The notes beneath the pieces are model-generated. The model saw only the letters and a program-made list of their open reading frames with translations. It ran no database searches and had not been told where the DNA came from. A program made the translations under genes and the position numbers. Shown one piece after another: positions 29,715 through 41,245 of a DNA stretch of 64,000 nucleotides. This DNA is from Pseudomonadota bacterium (GTDB taxonomy: Bacteria; Pseudomonadota; Alphaproteobacteria; Sphingomonadales; SMXR01), in NCBI GenBank assembly GCA_022566215.1, contig JADFJJ010000002.1:19372-83371 (forward strand), read 5' to 3'. Position 1 is the stretch's first letter, and each line of letters begins with the position of its first letter.

Positions 29715-30374
29715 TTATCCTCTCAGCGCGGCAATGTTTTCCGCGTATCTTTCCGGCCCGCCGGCAAATATGGAAGTGCCGGCCACCAGAACATCGGCGC
29801 CCGCCCGGATCGCCAACTTCGCGGTCTCGGGCGTAATGCCGCCGTCTACCTCCAGGTCGACCGCGCGGCCGGTTTGGTTAATCATGGCGCGCACGGCGGT
29901 AATTTTTTCCAACTGGCTTTTGATAAAGCTCTGGCCGCCAAACCCCGGGTTAACCGTCATCACCAGCACCAGGTCGACCAGGTCCATAAGCCCGTCCAGA
30001 ACCGAAACATCGGTGCCCGGGTTAATTACTACGCCGGCTTTCTTGCCAAGCCCCTTGATGGTCTTGACGCTGGCGGCCAGATCGGGGTTGGCTTCGGGAT
30101 GAATGCTGATGATATCGGCCCCGGACTCGGCAAAGTTTTTCAGGTAAGGATCGGCCGGTGAAATCATCAAATGGGTATCAAACGGCTTGGTAGAATGGGG
30201 CCTGAGAGCCTTGACCACCAACGGGCCGATGGTGATGTTGGGGACGAAATGGCCGTCCATGACATCGATATGGATATAATCCGCCCCGGCGGCGTCTATC
30301 GCGCGCACTTCGGCGCCCAGCTTGGCAAAATCAGCGGATAAAATTGACGGAGCGATGCGCACTTTCCTTGGCAT
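29715..30374 (-). CDS. rpe: ribulose-phosphate 3-epimerase
   Basis: 219 aa with SILSADF and IHIDVMDGHFVPNITIG motifs. Confidence 0.95.
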   Translation of the reverse strand: MPRKVRIAPSILSADFAKLGAEVRAIDAAGADYIHIDVMDGHFVPNITIGPLVVKALRPHSTKPFDTHLMISPADPYLKNFAESGADIISIHPEANPDLAASVKTIKGLGKKAGVVINPGTDVSVLDGLMDLVDLVLVMTVNPGFGGQSFIKSQLEKITAVRAMINQTGRAVDLEVDGGITPETAKLAIRAGADVLVAGTSIFAGGPERYAENIAALRG

Positions 30375-30426
30375 AGGCGCCTCTTACCAGTTTGCATGGA
30401 GAGCGGCAAGGGAAAGGGTAAAGAAA

Positions 30427-31761
30427 TTAAACATCACCGGATTTGACCAGCCGGGCGGCATAAAAACCGTCCATCCCACCGGCCTCGGCCAGATGATAGG
30501 GCAGGGTTCTGAGGTCGCCATCAGTGGTGATCCATTCCTTGTGCCCGTCAAGTTCCCGGGCGGAAACAGGCTGACGTTGGGCGGAGGAATTGGCTTTCAA
30601 AAAGGCCTCGATAATATCCTCGCTTTCACTGGCCTCAAGCGAACAAACACAATAGACCAGTACCCCGCCAGGTCTTAGAAGCGAAAAAGCATGGTCCAGC
30701 ATCCTCCCCTGTAACGCGGCCAGGCGCAAAATATCCCTTTCTTTCCTGAGATACGCCACGTCCGGGTGGCGGCGCAGCGTGCCGGTGGCCGAACAGGGCG
30801 CGTCCAGCAGGATCGCGCCAAACCCCTTCCCGGCGGCGAAATCAAAAATATCCGAACAGACAATCGTTGCCTCAAGGCCCACCCTGGCCAGGTTTTCCTT
30901 CAATCGCTCAAGCCGCGGCCGTGATTTGTCAACCGCAATCACCTTGGCCCCGCGGCTGGCCAGATAAAGCGTTTTACCGCCGGGGGCGGCGCACAGGTCG
31001 AGGACGGCTTTTCCGTTAACGTCACCAAAAAGGCGCGCCGGAAGGCTGGCGGCCAGATCCTGGGCCCACCACTTGCCATCTTTAAATCCGGGCAGGGCTT
31101 TTATCAAACCCCTTGGCCTGAGGCGCAGGACCCCTTTAAACACCTCTTTTGCCTCCAGCGGATGCAGCAGCGCCGCTGCGTCTTTTGGGTTTTTCAGAAC
31201 CACATCCAGCGGCGGCTGGGTGCTAAGCACGATGGCTATTTTTTTTAAATCTTCGGCGCCCAGGCTTTTTTCCCAGTGGATACGCAGCCAGGGGGGTAAA
31301 TTTTTTTCAGGGTTTTTCTCTAAATCCCCGAGGATGTCTTTTTGGCTTCGGACAAAGTTCCGGAGAATCGCATTGGCGAGGTTTTTAAACACCCTTGCGC
31401 CGGACCTCTTTGCCTTGGAAATCTCGTTAACCGTGGTGTTAACGGCGGCATGGTCGGGAACATTAAGAAAAAGAATTTGGGTGGCGCCAATCCTTATCCA
31501 ATGGCGCACCCAAGCGGCCCTCGCGGGCAGGGGTTTTTTCAGCATTTTGCCCATGGCGCTGTCAATCGCCCCCAAATGACGGAAAAGGGTGGTCGAGAGA
31601 TGCTTCACCAGCGCCTTATCGCGCACTTCCAGGTCCGGGTTTCTGGAAAACGCGGTTTCGAGCGCTTCATCCAACGGCACTTTCTTATCCAGCACCGCCT
31701 CAACGATGCTAAAAACGATTATTCTTGGATCGGAAGTCTTTGCCATGCGCCCTTTGACCAT
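30427..31761 (-). CDS. rsmB: 16S rRNA (cytosine967-C5)-methyltransferase RsmB/Sun family
   Basis: 444 aa with a NusB-like N-terminal domain, SAM site DLCAAPGGKT and catalytic DAPCSATG. Confidence 0.85.
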   Translation of the reverse strand: MVKGRMAKTSDPRIIVFSIVEAVLDKKVPLDEALETAFSRNPDLEVRDKALVKHLSTTLFRHLGAIDSAMGKMLKKPLPARAAWVRHWIRIGATQILFLNVPDHAAVNTTVNEISKAKRSGARVFKNLANAILRNFVRSQKDILGDLEKNPEKNLPPWLRIHWEKSLGAEDLKKIAIVLSTQPPLDVVLKNPKDAAALLHPLEAKEVFKGVLRLRPRGLIKALPGFKDGKWWAQDLAASLPARLFGDVNGKAVLDLCAAPGGKTLYLASRGAKVIAVDKSRPRLERLKENLARVGLEATIVCSDIFDFAAGKGFGAILLDAPCSATGTLRRHPDVAYLRKERDILRLAALQGRMLDHAFSLLRPGGVLVYCVCSLEASESEDIIEAFLKANSSAQRQPVSARELDGHKEWITTDGDLRTLPYHLAEAGGMDGFYAARLVKSGDV

Positions 31762-31862
31762 ATTTCCCAGGGGTCTGACCAGTTAAAAACAAACACTGGA
31801 CAGTTTTTACTCTGGGACAGTATCTTTCCAGACCAACCGCAACCATTATCTGGAAAGATTTG

Positions 31863-32012
31863 ATGCCAAAACCCGATAAGCCAAAGACCAAAAAAGCCAA
31901 AACCCCGACACTTGAGAAAAAAACCAGGCCCAAGGAAATCGGCGGGCCCAAAGGGCTGGAGCCGACCCGCTACGGGGACTGGGAGCGCAAGGGTATTGTC
32001 AGCGATTTTTAA
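31863..32012 (+). CDS. DUF1674 / SDHAF4-like small protein (below the ORF track's size cutoff)
   Basis: 49-aa ORF MPKPDKPKTKKAKTPTLEKKTRPKEIGGPKGLEPTRYGDWERKGIVSDF. The C-terminal GGPxGxEPTRYGDWExKGxxSDF is the DUF1674 signature as I recall it. Confidence 0.75.
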   Translation: MPKPDKPKTKKAKTPTLEKKTRPKEIGGPKGLEPTRYGDWERKGIVSDF

Positions 32013-32017
32013 ACCGC

Positions 32018-33955
<1,938 letters not shown>

Positions 33956-34085
33956 AAAAACCTCCAAAACGTCCGGTAATCTTAAAGACCGGGGCAGAGT
34001 TGGCAAGCCCTTTAAGTTTGCCCGGCTTTTTTTGGCAGTCTTGTAAAAGCCGGAGAAAAAAGGGATCGGTCATTGAGTTCAGACC

Positions 34086-35084
34086 TTAAATAGCTTCCTC
34101 GGAAAATGGTCTGGATAACAGGTCGTGAATGACCTCATCAACATCATCGCCCTTGTGCAGGATGTCATTGACGGCATTGGAAATCGGCATATCAACCCCC
34201 ATTTCGGCCGCTAGCTTGACGACAATTTTGGCGGTATAGACACCTTCTGTGACGCTTTTTCTCGATCTCAAAATTTCTTCCATGGTTTTCCCCTCACCCA
34301 GCGCCTTGCCCAGTGAAAAGTTTCGGCTCAGCGTGCTGGTGCAGGTCAGCACCGTATCCCCCAGCCCGCACAGACCCATCAAGGTCGTTGCCCGTCCCCC
34401 CTTGGCCTTGGCCAGTGCGATCATTTCGGCCAAGCCTCTGGTAATCAGGGCCGCCCTGGCGCTGTCACCCAAGCCTTTGCCGTGGGCGATCCCGCAGGCA
34501 ATCGCCAGCACATTCTTGACCGCTCCGCCCACTTGCGCGCCGACAATATCATCGCTCCAGTAAGGGCGAAACGTTTCTTGGCCCAAAGCCATGGTGATAT
34601 CTTTGGCGCATGCCTTGCTTTCCCCGGCGATGGTCACCGCGGTCGGCTTGCCCCGCGCGGCGTCAACCGCGAATGAAGGCCCGGACAATACCAAAATGGG
34701 ATTGGCGGGGACAATTTCATTGATCACTTCGCTAAGTAACTTACCGGACTTGATCTCGATCCCCTTGGAGCAGATCACCAGTGGTGTTTTTTCAGGCAAA
34801 CCTTTGGCCAGGCTTTCCACAATGTTCCGGGTAAATTGGGCCGGCACCACCAAAAGCAGGAAATCGCAGCCGTGTAGATCATTCAATTTACTAGTAGCGC
34901 GGATGTTTTTATCCAACGGAACCCCGGGCAGGAAAATCTTGTTTTCATGATGGGTGTTGATGTCTCGGGCAACCTCTTTCTCAAAAGCCCAGATCAGGGC
35001 CTCTAACCCGGCCCGCCGGGAAACCGTGGCCAGCGCTGTTCCCCACGCCCCCGCGCCGACGATGCCTGCTTTTTTCATAGCCAT
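34086..35084 (-). CDS. gpsA: NAD(P)H-dependent glycerol-3-phosphate dehydrogenase
   Basis: About 332 aa with Rossmann motif GIVGAGAWGTALA and a GpsA-like body. Possible starts are GTG 35087, ATG 35084 and ATG 35078. Confidence 0.94.
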   Translation of the reverse strand: MAMKKAGIVGAGAWGTALATVSRRAGLEALIWAFEKEVARDINTHHENKIFLPGVPLDKNIRATSKLNDLHGCDFLLLVVPAQFTRNIVESLAKGLPEKTPLVICSKGIEIKSGKLLSEVINEIVPANPILVLSGPSFAVDAARGKPTAVTIAGESKACAKDITMALGQETFRPYWSDDIVGAQVGGAVKNVLAIACGIAHGKGLGDSARAALITRGLAEMIALAKAKGGRATTLMGLCGLGDTVLTCTSTLSRNFSLGKALGEGKTMEEILRSRKSVTEGVYTAKIVVKLAAEMGVDMPISNAVNDILHKGDDVDEVIHDLLSRPFSEEAI

Positions 35085-35140
35085 CACTCATTTCCCTCAA
35101 AGCCCTGAAGGTGCCCCTAAAACCTGCACTTTTCAAGGGT

Positions 35141-36232
35141 CTAAACCTTGACGCCTCTTTTGCCATGGCCAATTTTAGGGGCGCTTTGCTGATCCAGCGG
35201 CCAACGCGCACGGGCCGGAAAGTCGAACGTGTCGGTGTGGCCCTTGGCCAGGTGTTCCAATCCCGCCCAGGCGATCATCGCACCATTGTCGGTGCACAAC
35301 CAAAGCGGCGGGGCAAAATAAGAAAACCCTTCCAATTCGCACAAAGCTTCCATATTGCTTCGGATTAAAGCGTTGGCGGCAACACCGCCGGCGATCACAA
35401 AGTGAAGATCACGACCATGTTTTATCCGGTACATTTTCATGGCGTTTGCTGTACGGTCTACCAGACAATCGGCAATCGCCGCCTGATAAGAAGCGGCAAG
35501 ATTGCTGATTTGCTCATTAGTCGGCTTGGCGCCGCTCCTGACAAACTTGTCAACCGTTCTTACCAAAGCCGTCTTCAGGCCGGAAAAGCTGAAATCACAC
35601 CCCGGTTTGCCAACCAGCGGACGGGGCAGGGAATAACGCTCAGGATTTCCGGACCGGGCAGTTTTTTCCAGCTTCGGCCCGCCCGGAACCCCGAGGCCCA
35701 GAAGCTTGGCGCCCTTGTCGAAGGCCTCGCCTACGGCGTCATCAATAGTGGTGCCGAGGCGGGTGTACTTTTCAACCCCCTCAACACTCAAAAGCTGGCA
35801 ATGGCCGCCTGAGATTAAAAGCAGCAGGTAGGGAAATTCTATATCGCTCACCAGCCGCGGCGATAAGGCATGCCCCTCCAGGTGGTTGATGGCAAGGAAC
35901 GGTTTGCCGAGCGCCAGAGCCAGGGTTTTGGCGCTGACTACGCCGACCATCAGCCCGCCGATCAGGCCAGGCCCGGCGGTGGCGGCGATGGCATCGATAT
36001 CCCTCAAAGCCAGGCCGGCTTCTTTCAACGCCGCTTTGATCAGGTTGTCCAGATGCTCGACATGGGAACGCGCCGCGATCTCCGGCACTACCCCGCCGTA
36101 AATTTCATGTTCCTTGAACTGATTGTAAACGGGATTGGCAAGAATGCGCTTATCGGATGTGACTATGCCAACCGCGGTATCATCGCAGCTGGTCTCAATC
36201 CCAAGCATGATCTGTTCTTTTTTTGCGGCCAT
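35141..36232 (-). CDS. tsaD: tRNA N6-adenosine threonylcarbamoyltransferase TsaD
   Basis: 363 aa with LGIETSCDDTAV and INHLEGHAL metal-site motifs. Confidence 0.94.
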   Translation of the reverse strand: MAAKKEQIMLGIETSCDDTAVGIVTSDKRILANPVYNQFKEHEIYGGVVPEIAARSHVEHLDNLIKAALKEAGLALRDIDAIAATAGPGLIGGLMVGVVSAKTLALALGKPFLAINHLEGHALSPRLVSDIEFPYLLLLISGGHCQLLSVEGVEKYTRLGTTIDDAVGEAFDKGAKLLGLGVPGGPKLEKTARSGNPERYSLPRPLVGKPGCDFSFSGLKTALVRTVDKFVRSGAKPTNEQISNLAASYQAAIADCLVDRTANAMKMYRIKHGRDLHFVIAGGVAANALIRSNMEALCELEGFSYFAPPLWLCTDNGAMIAWAGLEHLAKGHTDTFDFPARARWPLDQQSAPKIGHGKRGVKV

Positions 36233-36301
36233 CCTGTAAAAACCCTGTAGGCAAATGCTTTTGCACCTTATACAGTTTCCTCAGAATTCGGGTAAAGAAA
36301 A

Positions 36302-37234
36302 GTGAGCGCGAAAATCAAAATAGGAACCAGGGGATCCCCGTTGGCGTTGGCCCAGGCCGATGAGACCCGCGCCCGGCTGGTCGCGGCCCATGACGGTTTG
36401 ACAGAGTGCGATATCGAAATCATCCCGATCAAGACCACCGGTGACAGTATCCGGGACCGGCCTTTGCTGTTGGAGGGGGGGAAGGGCCTTTTTACAAAAG
36501 AGATCGAGGATCTTCTGCTGGCCGGGGAGATTGACCTCGCGGTTCATTCCACCAAGGATATGCCGGCGGCCCTTCCCGGGGGTCTCATCCTCGCTGTTTT
36601 CCTGGAACGTGAAGATCCAAGGGACGCTTTTCTTTCCTTAGGCGTGGCAAGTATCAAGGATTTACCGAAGGGAGCGGTTATCGGAACCTCATCGCTTCGC
36701 CGCCAGGCCCAGGCATTGCGTTTGCGGCCAGATCTTGAGATTGTTCCCTATCGCGGCAATGTCGAAACACGGATCAAAAAAATGAAGAAAGGCGAAGTCG
36801 CTGCCATTTTCCTGGCGGCGGCCGGCCTGAACCGGCTGGGGTTGGGCCACGAGATTACCGCCCTGATGTCTTATGAGGAAATGCTGCCGGCGCCAGGCCA
36901 GGGCGCCATCTGTATCGAGGCACGGGAAGGAGACAAAGAAACAGCATGGCTTTTGAAGCCCTTGAATCACGAACCGACCGAGCTTGCGGTCCGGGCGGAA
37001 CGAGCGGTTTCCCTGGCTCTTGGGGCGTCGTGCCGGATGCCGCTTGCGGCCCATGCCAGTTTCAGCGACAATCTTGTTAAAGCCCGGGCGGCGCTGTTTA
37101 GCCCGGATGGCAAACAAGCCTGGACGGTGGCAGGAAAGGCCTACGGTGAGAACGCTGAAGCCTTAGGCTCGCGGCTCGGCGAGGAACTTTTAAAGAAGGC
37201 CGATCCCGATCTGATCCGGGAATTCAGGGTCTGA
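36302..37234 (+). CDS. hemC: hydroxymethylbilane synthase (porphobilinogen deaminase)
   Basis: 310 aa with GTG start. IKIGTRGSPLALAQ at the N-terminus, and the cofactor Cys in GASCRMPLAAH. Confidence 0.95.
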   Translation: MSAKIKIGTRGSPLALAQADETRARLVAAHDGLTECDIEIIPIKTTGDSIRDRPLLLEGGKGLFTKEIEDLLLAGEIDLAVHSTKDMPAALPGGLILAVFLEREDPRDAFLSLGVASIKDLPKGAVIGTSSLRRQAQALRLRPDLEIVPYRGNVETRIKKMKKGEVAAIFLAAAGLNRLGLGHEITALMSYEEMLPAPGQGAICIEAREGDKETAWLLKPLNHEPTELAVRAERAVSLALGASCRMPLAAHASFSDNLVKARAALFSPDGKQAWTVAGKAYGENAEALGSRLGEELLKKADPDLIREFRV

Positions 37235-37253
37235 TCTGTCAGGCAGGAAAGAG

Positions 37254-37964
37254 ATGCGCATAATCATTACACGGCCTCTTGAACGGGCGAAACCTCTTGA
37301 AAAAAAACTCGAGGAATTGGGGGTTGAAATGCTATTGGCGCCAATGCTGAAGATAGAAAACTGCGCCTTTGAGGTCCCCGAAGGTCCCTTGCAAGCGTTA
37401 ATATTCACCAGCGTTCAGGGAGTGGAGGCAACCGCCGGCTATGATTCCCTGCATATCTTTCCGGCGTTGACGGTTGGCTCCAAAACCGCAGAAGCTGCCG
37501 CCAAAGCCGGGTTTCAGACCGTTTATAATGCTGATGGGGATGTTGAAGCGCTCTATGATCTGATTCTGGAAAAAGGAAATACCGGCAAGGGCCTGTTGTT
37601 GCATCTTGCGGGCGAGCAAACCACCGGCAACCTGGTTGAACGGCTTCAGGAAAAAGGGTTTCAGGCTGAGCGCCGCAAAGTTTATATTGCTAACGCGGCG
37701 GATAGTTTACCTGCCAGCGTGCTGGAAAAAATCCGCGCCCGGGCGGTGGATGCGGTATTGTTTTTTTCTACCCGGACCGCCCATATATTTAATCAGATCG
37801 CCCGGGAAAACAGTTTGGAAGACGCCCTGGGCCGGGCTTTTACGCTTTGTTTGAGCGAAAACATCGCCTCGGAGGCAAAAAAACTACCCTGGAAAAAGGT
37901 TTTGGTAGCTGACAACCCCACCGAACAGTCAATGATCGACCTTTTACGGGGCTTGCGGAAATGA
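37254..37964 (+). CDS. hemD: uroporphyrinogen-III synthase
   Basis: 236 aa with MRIIITRP, FTSVQGV and FFSTRTA segments typical of HemD. Immediately downstream of hemC. Confidence 0.78.
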   Translation: MRIIITRPLERAKPLEKKLEELGVEMLLAPMLKIENCAFEVPEGPLQALIFTSVQGVEATAGYDSLHIFPALTVGSKTAEAAAKAGFQTVYNADGDVEALYDLILEKGNTGKGLLLHLAGEQTTGNLVERLQEKGFQAERRKVYIANAADSLPASVLEKIRARAVDAVLFFSTRTAHIFNQIARENSLEDALGRAFTLCLSENIASEAKKLPWKKVLVADNPTEQSMIDLLRGLRK

Positions 37965-37986
37965 TAAAGCGGAAAAAGAACCCAAA

Positions 37987-39051
37987 ATGACTGAAAAAAG
38001 GAAACCACCGGTAATCGAGGGCGAAATTGTGGAAAAAAGCCAAAAACCCGAACAAGCCAAAAAACCTGCGGCCAAAAAACCGCAACAATTCGTTTCTGAA
38101 CGAATCGTTGGTTTGGCGGTGTTGACCTTGGCTCTGATTGTCGGGGGGTATTACGGCTATCCTTATCTCAGCGGTTGGGTTTCAAGTTTTTCCGGGGAGG
38201 AAGAAAAAACAGCTGTTTCCCAAGAAATTCAGGCCGGGCCGGGATTGGAAGAAAGGGTGCGTTTGCTTGAGGGCCGGGTGGCCGAAGTGGAACACCTTTA
38301 TGGGGAGATGAGCCCCTCCGCCGGGCCGGAAGATGGCCTGGAGGCCAGAATTGCTGCCCTGGAGAATAAAATTTCCCAAGTCCCGGTTGCTGCGGGAGAG
38401 GCCGGAGACAGCCTTCAGGAAAATCTGAAAATTGCGGAAATGGCCACAGAATTGACCGCCCTGAAAAATGCTTTTGAGGGCCTGGTTGCTTCTCAAAGGC
38501 CGTACTCTCCGGGATTTTCGGGCGCTTTGGCAAAGCTGGCGCCGCCCCTTTATCAATCACGCCCGTTCGCTGGAGAGCTGGAGCAGGTTCGTATTTATAT
38601 TCTGGAAATGCCGGCGCTGGACCAGGCGACGCTATCCGCGCCGGTGAGCGTTTTGTCCAAATACGCCCACACCGGGATTGCCGATATAGCCGGGTTGCAG
38701 GAGGAGTTTTCCAAAGCCGGGCTTGAGGCTCTGCGCACCGAAGGCCTTTCCCCTGACGCCGGATGGTGGCAGCGGACCTGGGCCAAGATCAAGGGCCAGG
38801 TGGTTATCAGAAGAACCGACGGAACCGGCGCATCCACCCTGGAAGCGGCAATCGCAAAAGCAGAAGCCTACCTTGCCGCGGGCGAAGCGGGGGCGGCGTT
38901 TGACCTGATCTCAGCTTTGCCGGCCAACCAATCCGGGGCGTTTCAGGACTGGGTTTTAAGGGCTGGACAGCGAGCGGAAGCCCTTGAGGCATTTGAGGCC
39001 CTGACCGGGCATATTTCAAAGCAGGTCCGGAGCAACACGGCGAACCGGTAA
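37987..39051 (+). CDS. mitofilin-like membrane protein (alphaproteobacterial Mic60-type, in the HemX position)
   Basis: 354 aa with a basic N-terminus, one TM helix (IVGLAVLTLALIVGGYYGY) and a long coiled-coil-like middle. The conserved-looking C-terminal block is WWQRTWAKIKGQVVIRR...AIAKAEAYLAAGE...WVLRAGQRAEALEAFEAL. It sits between hemD and hemY, as reported for alpha-Mic60. Confidence 0.55.
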   Translation: MTEKRKPPVIEGEIVEKSQKPEQAKKPAAKKPQQFVSERIVGLAVLTLALIVGGYYGYPYLSGWVSSFSGEEEKTAVSQEIQAGPGLEERVRLLEGRVAEVEHLYGEMSPSAGPEDGLEARIAALENKISQVPVAAGEAGDSLQENLKIAEMATELTALKNAFEGLVASQRPYSPGFSGALAKLAPPLYQSRPFAGELEQVRIYILEMPALDQATLSAPVSVLSKYAHTGIADIAGLQEEFSKAGLEALRTEGLSPDAGWWQRTWAKIKGQVVIRRTDGTGASTLEAAIAKAEAYLAAGEAGAAFDLISALPANQSGAFQDWVLRAGQRAEALEAFEALTGHISKQVRSNTANR

Positions 39052-40449
39052 ATGAAACGTCTTGTCATATATATGATTATCGTTTTGGCTATCTCCATTT
39101 CGCTTGCCTGGTGGGCTGACCATCCCGGCGCGGTGACCATCAGTTGGCTGGGGCATGATATTTACACCTCATTTGCGGTTTTGTTTTTCTTGGTTGCCCT
39201 GCTGCTGGCGTTCGGACTGGTGATCCAGAGTCTGTGGAACTGGGCCAAGCGGGAAATGCCAGTGGTGGGGGAAAACAAGCATTTGCGCCGCCAGGAACGC
39301 GGGCTTGAAATTCTGAACAAGGCGGTGGTTGCCCTGGCCGCCGGTGACGGCGTCAATGCCAGAAAACTGGCCCTCAAGGCAAGCAAGATGCTTCCTCCCC
39401 AGCCGATGATGCATGTGGTGGCTGCTCAGGCCGCGAAACTGTCTGGCGACAAGGAAGCGGCGGAAAAGGAATTCAGGGATTTGCTCAAAAACCCGGAAGC
39501 TGCATTTTTGGGCGTCCGCGGGCTGCTGGTTGCCGCGGTTGCCGAAGGAAAGGGCCGGGAAGCCCGGCGCCTGGCGGAAAAAGCAAAAGAAATTAATCCT
39601 AAAAGCGCCTGGGCGATCAAAACGCTGTTTGACCTGCAGGTTAAAGCCACCGACTGGGAAGAGGCCGAGGCCACTCTGGAGGACGGGAAGCGATCCAGGG
39701 TTTTCACCCGGGAAGAAAAAAACAAGCTGCTGGCGACGCTTAATTATTGCCGGGCCAAGGAAGCGGAACTTGGCAACGAATGGGACCGGGCAACCACTCT
39801 GGTTCAAAAGGCGTTGCGCACCAGAAAGGATTTCCTGCCTGCGGTTCTTATGTCGGTCCGGCTTGACCTGGATGCGGGTAAAAAACGCCGCGCCCTGCGC
39901 ACGCTTGAAGGGGCTTGGGCTTTAACTCCGCATCCGGATATTGCCGGGGCTTATAAATTTATCGAGGCTGACGAAACCGCAGACACCCGTTACCGGCGCC
40001 TGCAAAAACTGGCCAGGGCAAACCCCAAACATATTGAAAGCTATCTGATGCTTGCTGATCTGGCGCTTGGCGCCGGCAAAAATGCCGAGGCTCAGAAACA
40101 TCTGGATGAAGCCCTGGCAAAAAGCTCCCGGGCACGGGTTTTTCAACTGCAGGCCGACCTTGAGGATGCCCGCGGAGGCTCCCAGAGTAAAATCAAGGAC
40201 TGGACTGACAAAGCGGAAAATGGAATGCCGGAACCGTTATGGCAATGCTCAAACTGCGGTGCGGAGACGGAACACTGGGCGCTTCATTGCCCGACCTGCA
40301 GGATGTTCAACACCCTGGATTGGCGTTCAACAGAACCTCATGGAATAAAATTACGGGAAGCTGAACAGCAGGATTTCCTGACCATGCTGCCCAATCCCCT
40401 GAAGGGTAATTCGGTCTATTCCAGGAAATCTCCGGATCAAAAGAAGTAA
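39052..40449 (+). CDS. hemY: HemY-like TPR membrane protein with C-terminal zinc ribbon
   Basis: 465 aa with two N-terminal TM helices, TPR-like repeats and a C-terminal CSNCG...HCPTC. The start abuts the upstream stop (TAAATG). Confidence 0.7.
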   Translation: MKRLVIYMIIVLAISISLAWWADHPGAVTISWLGHDIYTSFAVLFFLVALLLAFGLVIQSLWNWAKREMPVVGENKHLRRQERGLEILNKAVVALAAGDGVNARKLALKASKMLPPQPMMHVVAAQAAKLSGDKEAAEKEFRDLLKNPEAAFLGVRGLLVAAVAEGKGREARRLAEKAKEINPKSAWAIKTLFDLQVKATDWEEAEATLEDGKRSRVFTREEKNKLLATLNYCRAKEAELGNEWDRATTLVQKALRTRKDFLPAVLMSVRLDLDAGKKRRALRTLEGAWALTPHPDIAGAYKFIEADETADTRYRRLQKLARANPKHIESYLMLADLALGAGKNAEAQKHLDEALAKSSRARVFQLQADLEDARGGSQSKIKDWTDKAENGMPEPLWQCSNCGAETEHWALHCPTCRMFNTLDWRSTEPHGIKLREAEQQDFLTMLPNPLKGNSVYSRKSPDQKK

Positions 40450-40464
40450 ACGCCGGGGCGCGGA

Positions 40465-40947
40465 TTAGCCCTCCGGGCGTCTTTTTGGCGGGCGGTCCCG
40501 CTGGTCCATCCGGCTAAACTCAAACCCGGCCTGGAAATATTTTTTTCGTTGTTCACTTGGGAGGGTGGTGGCGACTTCGGTAATGACTGTCTGCAGGGTC
40601 ACCCGCGTTATGTCCCCGGATTTTTGCATACGCAGGGACAAAGCCTCAAAAGCGGCCGGGTCAAACTCATCAGCCAGCAGGATCTCCCGGACCTTGAGGC
40701 GCAACTCGAACAAATTCAGGAATTTAGGTTTTTCGGCTGCTTTGAATTTACGCCAGATTTTATCCACAACCGCCCGGTATTCCGGGGAAAGGGCCTCCCT
40801 TGCGGCTTCCATGTTAAACTGTTCCGTACCACCCCGGGGCTGATGGACGCCGGGCCGGTTAAAGTGCACGAATAGGGCCCCTGCGACAAAAAAGTTTAAA
40901 GCCAGGGAGACCAGCAGAACGGTATATATTATTTTTGTATATTTCAT
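40465..40947 (-). CDS. membrane-anchored periplasmic helical protein (Spy/CpxP/CnrX-like sensor or chaperone)
   Basis: 160 aa with an N-terminal TM anchor and then an all-helical domain. It is the third gene after the ECF sigma and a small anti-sigma-like protein. Confidence 0.5.
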   Translation of the reverse strand: MKYTKIIYTVLLVSLALNFFVAGALFVHFNRPGVHQPRGGTEQFNMEAAREALSPEYRAVVDKIWRKFKAAEKPKFLNLFELRLKVREILLADEFDPAAFEALSLRMQKSGDITRVTLQTVITEVATTLPSEQRKKYFQAGFEFSRMDQRDRPPKRRPEG

Positions 40948-40951
40948 GGTC

Positions 40952-41245
40952 CTATCCCACCATCATCAATTCAATTTCGTCGGTGATCATATTGCCTCCT
41001 TCGGGAGTGGCATAAAACCCGACCCATATTCCAATCAGGGCGGAGGCCATCAAAACAGCAGCCGGTTTCCATACCGGGCCGAAAGGCCACAGGATTACCC
41101 GCCAGGTTTTGGGAGCAAGGATTTGTTCGGCATCAGCCATGATCCTGAAAATCAGATCCGGCGAGGCAGAAGGCATGCCGAGGTTTTCTTTCAAAACGTC
41201 TTTGCCCGCCTTGTTCAAGAATGGATTATCGATTTTGCCGGCCAT
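40952..41245 (-). CDS. small single-pass membrane protein, putative anti-sigma factor
   Basis: 97 aa with one C-proximal TM helix (AAVLMASALIGIWVGFY). TAATG overlap with the ECF sigma gene stop. No Zn-binding HxxxCxxC motif. Confidence 0.5.
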   Translation of the reverse strand: MAGKIDNPFLNKAGKDVLKENLGMPSASPDLIFRIMADAEQILAPKTWRVILWPFGPVWKPAAVLMASALIGIWVGFYATPEGGNMITDEIELMMVG

